NCBI GenBank assembly: GCA_902523885.1
Contig: CABZAV010000002.1
Coordinates: 4,923-68,922 of the forward strand
Source of the DNA: an uncultured SAR86 cluster bacterium
GTDB taxonomy: Bacteria > Pseudomonadota > Gammaproteobacteria > Magnimaribacterales > AG-339-G14
Direction: 5' to 3'
DNA: 64,000 nt
Shown: positions 31,172 through 38,449 of the stretch, in pieces
Layout: the number at the start of each line of letters is the position of its first letter
How positions within the stretch are numbered: position 1 is the stretch's first letter
Made by a program: the position numbers and the translations under genes
Notes under the pieces: model-generated
Databases searched by the model: none
Told to the model about the DNA's origin: nothing
The model's input: the letters and a program-made list of their open reading frames with translations, nothing else

Positions 31172-31718
31172 GAATTATAGAAAAGCACTCGTTTGCTTCT
31201 AGAGAAAATATAACAAATTCATGGTATTCATTTAAAGCGTGAGACCATTCATGTTCAAATTTTATTTGGTTTTTTTTATCGTTTATTGACCTATTCAAAA
31301 AAAAACAAATAGTTTTCCTATTTAAAATTACGTCGATGAAATATTTGAATCTTGTCAAAACTTGTTTAGAAATTTCAGGGGTATTTATTCTAGTTTTCCT
31401 TAAAACTTCCAGTAATCTTTTTTCAATTTTTTTACCATCTAATTCTTCAAAATCTTTATTAGATAAAAATCTAGTAGAAAATGGGCCATGAAAGCCTGAC
31501 GCCCTTAAAAACATAAAATCTGTCAATTGAAAATTATTAAAATCTTCAGATAAATACTTATCAAGTATAAAAGGGAAGCCGTGCTTTTCTATTGAGTGAG
31601 AACATCTTGATCTTGATATGATTCCCTGCCCATGTTCATGAAGTCTCATAAACTCTAATCCTAAAAACTCAAAATTAATATTTTTTGGATAAATTAAGAG
31701 GTTTTTTTTATTTTTCAT
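31158..31718 (-). CDS. Hypothetical protein with a C-terminal HExxH motif (HEWSH)
   Basis: 186-aa ORF overlapping both neighbours (11 and 14 nt). I recognise no family. Confidence 0.5.
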   Translation of the reverse strand: MKNKKNLLIYPKNINFEFLGLEFMRLHEHGQGIISRSRCSHSIEKHGFPFILDKYLSEDFNNFQLTDFMFLRASGFHGPFSTRFLSNKDFEELDGKKIEKRLLEVLRKTRINTPEISKQVLTRFKYFIDVILNRKTICFFLNRSINDKKNQIKFEHEWSHALNEYHEFVIFSLEANECFSIILAYD

Positions 31719-32715
31719 CTAAGGGTTTGATTCCTATTTTGTTTCTTACATCAATAAGTTTTTTTTCTGCAAGAAGAGAAGCTTGAATTTCTCCTTTTTT
31801 TAAAATAGCTTCAACCTCATTAGCATTGTTAAGAAAATAAAAGTACTTTTCTCTTGAGTCTTTCAATTCAGTATTAATTAAATCGAAGAGATCAGATTTT
31901 AATTCACCCCAACCTTTACCATTGGAAAACATTTTATTTACTTCTTCTAAATATATTTCAGTGGCAAATGCTTGAAAATAATTATACAAAACTGAATTCT
32001 TTGTTTCCTTTGGCTCTCCGGGCATAAGAGAATCAGTAACGATTTGATTTAGAGATTTCTTTAAAGCTTTTTCTTCAGAAAATAGTTCGATATAGTTTTT
32101 ATATGATTTGCTCATCTTTCTTCCGTCTGTTCCTAACAAGATAGGTGTATTTTCAGAAATAAGTGCTTCTGGAATTTTAAGAGTTTCTCCATATAAATGA
32201 TTAAACCGTGCTGCAATGTCTCTAGTCATTTCAATGTGTTGCTTTTGATCACTTCCTACTGGAACAATATCAGTATCAAATATTAAAATATCGGCAGCCA
32301 TCAGTACTGGATAATTAAATAAACCAGCCGTTATACCTTTATCCAAGTCTTTCTGTTTTTTTTCAGAATTTAAATCCTGAGCTGCTTTATAAGCGTGTGC
32401 TCTGTTGAGAAGTCCTTTTGAGGTTATATTGGATAAGATCCAATTCAACTCCATTATCTGGGAAACTTTTGATTGTCTGTAGAAATAAGTTTTTTCAGGA
32501 TCTAATCCACAAGCCAGCCAGGCAGAAGCAATTTCCAAACTAGATTTATGAGTAAGTAAAGGATCCTGTTGTTTAATTAATGAGTGATAGTCGGCCAAAA
32601 ATAAAAAAGATTTTTTTGATTCTTTTATTTTCTCAAGAGCGGGTTTTATAGCTCCCACATAATTACCCAAATGAGGAGAACCGCTAGTTGTTATGCCAGT
32701 TAAGATGGAGGACAT
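31708..32715 (-). CDS. trpS: Tryptophan--tRNA ligase
   Basis: HIGH-type motif GSPHLGNYVGAI, the KMSKS motif and a class Ic length of 335 aa. Confidence 0.9.
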   Translation of the reverse strand: MSSILTGITTSGSPHLGNYVGAIKPALEKIKESKKSFLFLADYHSLIKQQDPLLTHKSSLEIASAWLACGLDPEKTYFYRQSKVSQIMELNWILSNITSKGLLNRAHAYKAAQDLNSEKKQKDLDKGITAGLFNYPVLMAADILIFDTDIVPVGSDQKQHIEMTRDIAARFNHLYGETLKIPEALISENTPILLGTDGRKMSKSYKNYIELFSEEKALKKSLNQIVTDSLMPGEPKETKNSVLYNYFQAFATEIYLEEVNKMFSNGKGWGELKSDLFDLINTELKDSREKYFYFLNNANEVEAILKKGEIQASLLAEKKLIDVRNKIGIKPLDEK

Positions 32716-32726
32716 GGGTTTAGTAT

Positions 32727-32751
32727 AAAAAAAAACACCACAAAGTGGTGT
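32727..32751 (-). terminator. Intrinsic terminator 11 nt upstream of the trpS ATG
   Basis: Minus-strand hairpin ACACCAC-UUU-GUGGUGU followed by a run of 8 U. Confidence 0.6.
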
Positions 32752-32911
32752 TTTATTTATCGAAGTTGAAGGGGTCTAGCGGGTTATCTAGTGCAGGCGA
32801 GTTACCCTTTCCCTGCATGTGGCGAAATTTCTTTCGTCTTCTCACCCTTCTTCTTCTACTCCTTAGCTTCTTTCTTTCCGTCTCGAGTTGTTAAGCTTCC
32901 CACTAAGTTAT
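32727..32911 (-). ncRNA. Candidate structured RNA (trpS leader/attenuator or independent sRNA), family unknown
   Basis: GC-rich island in AT-rich DNA, bracketed by a sigma70-like promoter and the terminator. Several stems can be paired by eye. It contains a 52-nt tract (32828-32879) that is ~90% purine. Confidence 0.45.
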
Positions 32912-32917
32912 GGATTC

Positions 32918-32946
32918 ATATTAGAGAAAATAAAAAGGATTTACAA
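32918..32946 (-). promoter_or_regulatory. Putative sigma70 promoter for the RNA element/trpS
   Basis: Minus strand reads TTGTAA (32946-32941), a 17-nt spacer, then TAATAT (32923-32918). Confidence 0.4.
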
Positions 32947-33023
32947 CACCTAATTTGATGTTTTTTAGACTAAGTTTGAATTAAAAAAAAATTTTTTATG
33001 AATAAAGGATTTTAAAAGCTAAA

Positions 33024-33803
33024 TTATAAAACTTTATCAAGGTAATCGAGCATAATTTCTTTAAATTCTTCTTTTTTTGATAGTTTTTTTAAGTGATTTG
33101 TTGCTTTGGGAAATTCTTTTTCAAAATTTTTTGAAATAATTTCGTATCCTTGATTATTAATAATTTTTTCTTTGTCTCTTTCGCGCAAAAATTGAGCAAC
33201 GTCACATACAAATGATATATCGGCAATTGTTAAAACTTTTCCTGCAATGTATTTATCGTTTGATAATGCTCTTTCTATACCGTCTAAATAAAATAAATAA
33301 GCAGACTTCATCCTTTTATATAAATATTCGTTTAGCATATTAATTTCTAAAACATAAACTTGAAACTCTCTTCCAAACACAAGATTTGCATCTAAAAAAC
33401 TATCTATTCTTGATTTTTTAAAATTATCTTCGTCGCCGTAAAGAGATTTCACAGAAGATACTCTAGCAACAGCTCTCATGATGCTGTTGGATTCGAAAAT
33501 ACCCTCAGATCCATCAGAGTTAAATCCTGCAGGGACAGTTCCAAAAGGATGTTTTTCAAGAAATTTATCGGTTTTATAGAGTATGCCTTTAAATCCCCTT
33601 TTGCTTGTTCTTTCATAAAGTTCAAGTTCATCTAATTTGGAGGCATCTATTTCTCTGGCTTCAAAGTCCCACAGCCAATTGCTAAGATTTAAAGGCTTGT
33701 CGCCGATAATTTTTAAATCTACTTTCCCCATCTTTGCAGTAATGATTGATTTCCATACTCTTGGATTAGGTAAATATGAAAATATTCTTACTTGTTCAGA
33801 CAT
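33024..33803 (-). CDS. Glutathione S-transferase-like protein
   Basis: The start is set at MSEQVRIF (ATG 33801-33803) because the longer track ORF runs into tRNA-Ser. GST motifs HPFGTVPA and ESNSIMRA are present. Confidence 0.7.
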   Translation of the reverse strand: MSEQVRIFSYLPNPRVWKSIITAKMGKVDLKIIGDKPLNLSNWLWDFEAREIDASKLDELELYERTSKRGFKGILYKTDKFLEKHPFGTVPAGFNSDGSEGIFESNSIMRAVARVSSVKSLYGDEDNFKKSRIDSFLDANLVFGREFQVYVLEINMLNEYLYKRMKSAYLFYLDGIERALSNDKYIAGKVLTIADISFVCDVAQFLRERDKEKIINNQGYEIISKNFEKEFPKATNHLKKLSKKEEFKEIMLDYLDKVL

Positions 33804-33818
33804 CTCTTTTTTATTTAG

Positions 33819-33910
33819 TGGCGGAGGGGGTGGGATTCGAACCCACGAGGCCATTTCTGACCTGCTGGTTTTCAAGACCAGTGCATTCAACCAAGCTCTG
33901 CCACCCCTCC
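33819..33910 (-). tRNA. tRNA-Ser (anticodon UGA), CCA encoded
   Basis: Hand-folded cloverleaf: acceptor GGAGGGG/CCCCTCC, anticodon stem CTGGT/ACCAG with loop CTTGAAA, long variable arm, T-arm GTGGG-TTCGAAT-CCCAC. Confidence 0.95.
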
Positions 33911-34111
33911 GAATTTAGGAGAGATATTAATCTAATTACGATTAAAAAAATATTAAAAATTGGCAAAAGAAACTATTTATGTAGTTACAAATTTTAGTTT
34001 AATTGACAGTCTCTAGAAAAAGATGTTCCCCAAGAAAAATTTTTTAAAATTTGTGATATTTAATGTGATTTAATTTTACTTGCTAATTACATAAACTCTG
34101 GGGAGGAAATT

Positions 34112-34333
34112 ATGGAAAATGCATTTAATATGATTCGTGACTTGGTTTCAGGCTTAACTGGAATCTTAGTTGGTGTAATCGGGTTAGGAGTTGTTGCTGG
34201 CATAGTTTTCGGCGGAAACTCTTTTTTCTTTGGTGATGTTTTAAACCAGCTTATTGCTGTCATACAAACATTAGGTGACAATGGAATTGTTGGGCTTTTG
34301 GCAGCAGCGATTCTTATACAGTTACTTAGATAA
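34112..34333 (+). CDS. Small two-TM membrane protein (73 aa), paralogue A
   Basis: Strong SD (GGGGAGGAAATT-ATG). Hydrophobic sequence with a GIVFGG-FFFG-G-G pattern shared with the next ORF. Confidence 0.6.
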   Translation: MENAFNMIRDLVSGLTGILVGVIGLGVVAGIVFGGNSFFFGDVLNQLIAVIQTLGDNGIVGLLAAAILIQLLR

Positions 34334-34349
34334 CTAAAAATATAGGTTT

Positions 34350-34380
34350 GGGGTCTTTCATAAGGCCCCTTGCCTTTTCA
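34350..34380 (+). terminator. Possible attenuating hairpin between the two small genes
   Basis: GGGGTC-8 nt-GGCCCC followed by TTGCCTTTTC. Confidence 0.3.
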
Positions 34381-34386
34381 AAAATT

Positions 34387-34614
34387 ATGGACTGGTTAAA
34401 TTTAGAAACAGTAAAAAACTTTCTGTACAAAGTTACAGAAGTGTTGGCTTTATTTGTGGCTGTTTCATTGTTAGTTGGTATTATTTTTGGACCCGAAACC
34501 GCTTTTTTTGGATCAGTAGTTTCTAATTTTTCTTCAATATTATCAATAATTGGGGAGGAAGGCTTAATTGCCTTAGTCTCGCTGCTAATAATAGCCGCGA
34601 TTTTTAAAAAATAA
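34387..34614 (+). CDS. Small two-TM membrane protein (75 aa), paralogue B
   Basis: The start is taken at MDWLN. The upstream TTG start in the track would read through the hairpin. It shares the GIIFGP-AFFG-G-G pattern with paralogue A. Confidence 0.55.
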   Translation: MDWLNLETVKNFLYKVTEVLALFVAVSLLVGIIFGPETAFFGSVVSNFSSILSIIGEEGLIALVSLLIIAAIFKK

Positions 34615-34662
34615 GTTTTGTATTTTTAGGGGCTGGAAAGTCTGCAACGATACATTCCAGCC

Positions 34663-34706
34663 AAAAAAAGGTGGCTGAACAGAGGGCTAATTCTCTATTG
34701 CAGCCA
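34663..34706 (-). terminator. Intrinsic terminator of the RRM-protein gene
   Basis: Minus-strand hairpin TGGCTG...CAGCCA followed by CC + U7. A second hairpin (34631-34662) lies beside it between the convergent genes. Confidence 0.5.
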
Positions 34707-34713
34707 AAATAAA

Positions 34714-34953
34714 TTATGTTTTGGGTCTTGCTTCGTTAACAATAACTTTTCTTCCTTCTACCTCAGATTCGTTCATTGCTTCAATTGCTTCTGGTCCACC
34801 AGAATCTAATTCGACAAAGCCAAATCCTCTAGATCTTTTGGTGTCTCTATCTGTAATTACATTAGCAGAGGTTACAGTCCCATAACTTGAAAATAAATCT
34901 TCTAATTCCTGATTACCGATGCTCCATGGGAGATTTCCTACGTAAAGTTTCAT
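34714..34953 (-). CDS. RRM-domain RNA-binding protein
   Basis: RNP-2 LYVGNL and RNP-1 RGFGFVEL. 79 aa. Confidence 0.9.
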   Translation of the reverse strand: MKLYVGNLPWSIGNQELEDLFSSYGTVTSANVITDRDTKRSRGFGFVELDSGGPEAIEAMNESEVEGRKVIVNEARPKT

Positions 34954-35091
34954 ATATACCTATAAGTAAATTGTTTCAAAAGGTGTATTAAATACTAATT
35001 TGATCAAACTGAAAGATATATTTAAATAAAATTTTGATTCTTTAATTCAGTTACTCTTTTCTTGCAAGTTTTTTTAAAATTTAAGCAGAGT

Positions 35092-35475
35092 TTAATTTTG
35101 TTGTTTTGCTATTAAATATGTTCCTGAAATGGAAAGGATCAATATAACAATTTCTGGCAAAAACATTTCCATAATAAAACCGGTTCCATGAATTGTTGCT
35201 GCAATAATATGAGCTAAAACTACCAGTGCAAACAAAATTGCTACAGCAAAAATCCAACGATAATTAACAGTAATTGCACTCATAAGACAAAGAATCGGAA
35301 CTACTAGAAAAAAAGCTGTTAAATCTCGAATCAAGGCATTTTGGGCCGCTGAACTTAATTCCTCGAAAATAAATCCAAAACTAGTGCTAGTTTCTGCTGG
35401 ATTGATCATCCACCCTATTCCACTTGGTAAAAGCATTAATCCTGGAAGTAAACATATTATTCTAGCTAATATCAT
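35092..35475 (-). CDS. Hypothetical four-TM membrane protein
   Basis: 127-aa hydrophobic ORF. No family recognised. Confidence 0.5.
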   Translation of the reverse strand: MILARIICLLPGLMLLPSGIGWMINPAETSTSFGFIFEELSSAAQNALIRDLTAFFLVVPILCLMSAITVNYRWIFAVAILFALVVLAHIIAATIHGTGFIMEMFLPEIVILILSISGTYLIAKQQN

Positions 35476-35487
35476 TATCTCTCCTTT

Positions 35488-36507
35488 TTATTTAAATCTG
35501 TTTTTGTTTAAAGTTTCATCGACTGTATTTATTAGATCTTTAAGCAATGTATTTAAAAATCTACTAAGTTTATCCTGTATTTTTTTCTTCGTTTCAAATT
35601 TTATTTCGTAAACATCATGTTTGTTTGAAAAATTCATTAAGTATTCATCACTGGTAGAAATCTCGTCTACTAAGCCTACCTCTAGAGCTTTCGTACCCTC
35701 CCAAATTTCTCCAGTAGCAACCTTGGAAATATCTAATTCAGGTCTAAATTTTGTAACATGTTCTTTAAAAAGATCATGAATTTCTTGAAGATCTTTTTTA
35801 AATTTTTCTCTTCCCTCATCAGTGGTCTCTCCAAAAGTTGTAATCGTTCTCTTAAATTCACCAGCTGTGTGAAGCTCATAATCAACGTCTAATTTTTTTA
35901 AAATTTTACTGAAATTTGGAATTGCTGCTACGACACCAATTGAACCAATTATCGCAAAAGGTGCTGAGACTATTTTGTTCGCAACACAAGCCATCATGTA
36001 GCCACCCGATGCGGCTACTTTGTCTACACAAGCTGTTAGTTTAATGCCGGCATCTCTAATTCTCTTAAGTTGTGCTGCAGCTAAACCATATCCAATGACA
36101 GTGCCACCTGCACTTTCTAAGTTAAGAACTATTTCCTCGCATTTAGTTTTGCTTTGAAGAATTGCACTTATTTCTTCTTTTAAATTTTCTACGTTAGATG
36201 CTTCAATGTCTCCTTGAAAATTTAAAACATAAACTGGTTTCTTTTTTGTTTTTAATTTTGAATTCGTCTTTTTTTCTTGCTTAAGTGTTTTTTTTAATTT
36301 CTTTTTTTCTTCTTTGTTCATGGTTAATACTTTTAAAGAATTAGCCATTGATTGATATCGTTTAGTTAAATTTTTTATTTTTAAAGATTCATTTGTCTCA
36401 GGAGGTTGACGCATTGAGGTGACTAGAAAAAAAATAGGTATAAAAATTAGAACAATTATAGTGAATGCTTTTAAAACAAAAAGACCGTACTCGATTAAAA
36501 TTTCCAT
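35488..36507 (-). CDS. sohB: Peptidase S49 family protease SohB
   Basis: N-terminal TM helix, basic linker and S49 core with ASGGYMMAC. Confidence 0.85.
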   Translation of the reverse strand: MEILIEYGLFVLKAFTIIVLIFIPIFFLVTSMRQPPETNESLKIKNLTKRYQSMANSLKVLTMNKEEKKKLKKTLKQEKKTNSKLKTKKKPVYVLNFQGDIEASNVENLKEEISAILQSKTKCEEIVLNLESAGGTVIGYGLAAAQLKRIRDAGIKLTACVDKVAASGGYMMACVANKIVSAPFAIIGSIGVVAAIPNFSKILKKLDVDYELHTAGEFKRTITTFGETTDEGREKFKKDLQEIHDLFKEHVTKFRPELDISKVATGEIWEGTKALEVGLVDEISTSDEYLMNFSNKHDVYEIKFETKKKIQDKLSRFLNTLLKDLINTVDETLNKNRFK

Positions 36508-36573
36508 AGTATTTGAAGTTAAATTTGAGTGAAGATTCTAACAGTAATAATTGATATCTTGAATTAAAAAAAA

Positions 36574-37842
36574 TTAAAGAATCTCTAAATTATTCATATA
36601 TGGTCTTAATACTTCAGGAATAGATACAGTCCCATCTTCATTTTGATAATTTTCTAAAATTGCGGCCATAGTTCTGCCAATTGCCAATCCAGAACCATTT
36701 AAAGTATGGCAAAAAATATTTTTTTTATCTTTCTTTATTCTTATTTTCATTCTTCTTGATTGAAAATCTTTAAAATTACTACAAGAAGAAATTTCTCTAA
36801 ATTTATCTTGGCTTGGAAGCCAGACTTCTAAGTCGTAAGTTAAGCTCGATGAAAAGCCTATATCTTTTGAGCATAGAATTACTTTTCTAAAAGGTAGATT
36901 GAGCTGTTTAAGAATATTTTCGGCATGTGAGGTAAGAATTTCTAACTGTTCATCAGATTTATCTGGTTCTACAAAACTTACTAATTCTACTTTTTCAAAT
37001 TGATGTTGACGAATAATGCCCTTGGTATCAAGCCCATAACTTCCAGCTTCACTTCTAAAACATGGTGTATGACAAACATAAGAAAGTGGCAAATCTTCTA
37101 ATTCTAAAATTTCATTTCTATGGTAGTTAGTTACTGGAACTTCTGCAGTAGGAATCAAGTATAAATCTTGTTCGCTATCATCAATTTTAAATTGATCTTC
37201 TTTAAATTTTGGTAATTGGCCTGTTCCTGTTAAAGATTCTGAATTCACAATTAAAGGTACGTATATCTCTTTATATGAATGTTTTTTCGTATGAATATCT
37301 AGCATAAAATTTATTAACGCTCTGTTGAGTAAAGCAAGCGAGTCTTTGAAAACCACGAATCTAGATTTTGAAATCTTTGAAGCGGCTTCAAAATCCATTC
37401 CATCGCTCAAGAGACCTAATTCTTGATGATCTTTAATTTCAAAATTAAATTTTGGTTTTTTTCCTATTTCTTCAACAACGGTATTATCTGCCTCTGAATT
37501 ACCATCTGGAACCCTAGCATCAATAAGGTTTGGTATTGATAATAAGAAATCATATAGTTCGCCTTGGACTTTATCTAATTCAATCTTTTTTATTTTTAAA
37601 TCGGCAGAAGATTTTGATGCTTCCTTCTTAACCTTTGAAAAGTCTTTTTTATTTTTTTGCAATTTTCCAATTTCTCGAGCTAAATTATTTTGAGTTTCCT
37701 GTAATTGTTCGGTTTCTATTTGTAATTTTTTTCTTTTCTCCTCTGTCTTTAACCAATAGTCTTTATCAAGTTCAAAACCTCTTCTTGATAAATTATCTAT
37801 AGTTTCAGACAGGTTTTTTTTTAATTTTTGAATGTCAATCAT
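36574..37842 (-). CDS. serS: Serine--tRNA ligase
   Basis: N-terminal coiled coil, TGQLPKF, and class II motifs RQHQFEKVE and GSGLAIGRT. Confidence 0.95.
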   Translation of the reverse strand: MIDIQKLKKNLSETIDNLSRRGFELDKDYWLKTEEKRKKLQIETEQLQETQNNLAREIGKLQKNKKDFSKVKKEASKSSADLKIKKIELDKVQGELYDFLLSIPNLIDARVPDGNSEADNTVVEEIGKKPKFNFEIKDHQELGLLSDGMDFEAASKISKSRFVVFKDSLALLNRALINFMLDIHTKKHSYKEIYVPLIVNSESLTGTGQLPKFKEDQFKIDDSEQDLYLIPTAEVPVTNYHRNEILELEDLPLSYVCHTPCFRSEAGSYGLDTKGIIRQHQFEKVELVSFVEPDKSDEQLEILTSHAENILKQLNLPFRKVILCSKDIGFSSSLTYDLEVWLPSQDKFREISSCSNFKDFQSRRMKIRIKKDKKNIFCHTLNGSGLAIGRTMAAILENYQNEDGTVSIPEVLRPYMNNLEIL

Positions 37843-37843
37843 C

Positions 37844-38449
37844 TTAGTCTATTGAAATTAAATCTTTCACTTCATAATTATAGCTAAATACAGAAGACGA
37901 TAGTTTGGGCTGAGAAGTAAAATTGGTAATTGCGACTTCACTCTTAACACCGAAAGCATCCAGGTACTTAATATTAGTCAGAAAAGTATCATTAAAAATT
38001 AGATCTATTTTAGAAATATAGGTTTTATCTTTAGGAAAAATGGTGCAGGTATTATCAATACAATCTATTTTTGTGGAGTTAAGACAGATAGAGTCTGAAT
38101 CTTCGAGTAGAAAGGCAGCAGGAATTTGATGAATGATGTTTTCTTTCTTGTATTTGACCGCCTGGTCTAAATCGTAGTCAATTCTATAAATTGAGTTTTC
38201 GTTTATAATAATTTCTGATTCAACCGAATTAGAATTTAAATTTGAAACTTTAAGAAAGAAAGGTTTTTTCAAAATAATTTTGCCAAATACTGGTTCTTTT
38301 CGTTTGTTTTCAAATGTTTGAGAGAAATCAGCACTATAAAATTTCTCTTTAGAAAAATTTAATAAATGTTTATGTTCTTCTAGGCAAGTTGCATTTGACA
38401 TTGAAAGAAAAAAGAAAAGAAAAGAAAATATGAGATTTTTATTCGGCAT
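37844..38449 (-). CDS. lolA: Outer-membrane lipoprotein carrier protein LolA
   Basis: Signal peptide, the YSADFSQ and GKIILKKP patterns, and ftsK-lolA synteny. Confidence 0.75.
   Translation of the reverse strand: MPNKNLIFSFLFFFLSMSNATCLEEHKHLLNFSKEKFYSADFSQTFENKRKEPVFGKIILKKPFFLKVSNLNSNSVESEIIINENSIYRIDYDLDQAVKYKKENIIHQIPAAFLLEDSDSICLNSTKIDCIDNTCTIFPKDKTYISKIDLIFNDTFLTNIKYLDAFGVKSEVAITNFTSQPKLSSSVFSYNYEVKDLISID

Noticed and set aside
32727-32911. Identity of the RNA element as SRP (4.5S) RNA, 6S RNA, a T-box leader or a TRAP-type (G/U)AG repeat leader.
   Set aside because: SRP: a GGAA...GAAGC..AAGG stretch resembles helix 8, but the tetraloop is not closed and the 5' and 3' halves are not complementary. 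6S: the ends do not pair. T-box: AAGAAGGGUGAGAAGACG matches about 10 of 13 fixed T-box positions, but it lacks the UGGN/ACC core and lies ~110 nt from the terminator. TRAP: NAG triplets are mostly spaced 3-4 nt rather than 5. A Trp-rich leader peptide is also absent.
33637-33997. Track ORFs 33637-33918(+) and 33776-33997(+), and the N-terminal 29 aa of ORF 33024-33890(-).
   Set aside because: They are translated through the tRNA-Ser gene (33819-33910). The peptide ..WVRIPPPPP.. is the tRNA read as protein. The GST-like CDS was trimmed to the ATG at 33803.
34087-34281. 64-aa minus-strand ORF antisense to small membrane protein A.
   Set aside because: The plus-strand ORF has a strong SD and a paralogue next door. 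The minus-strand ORF has neither.
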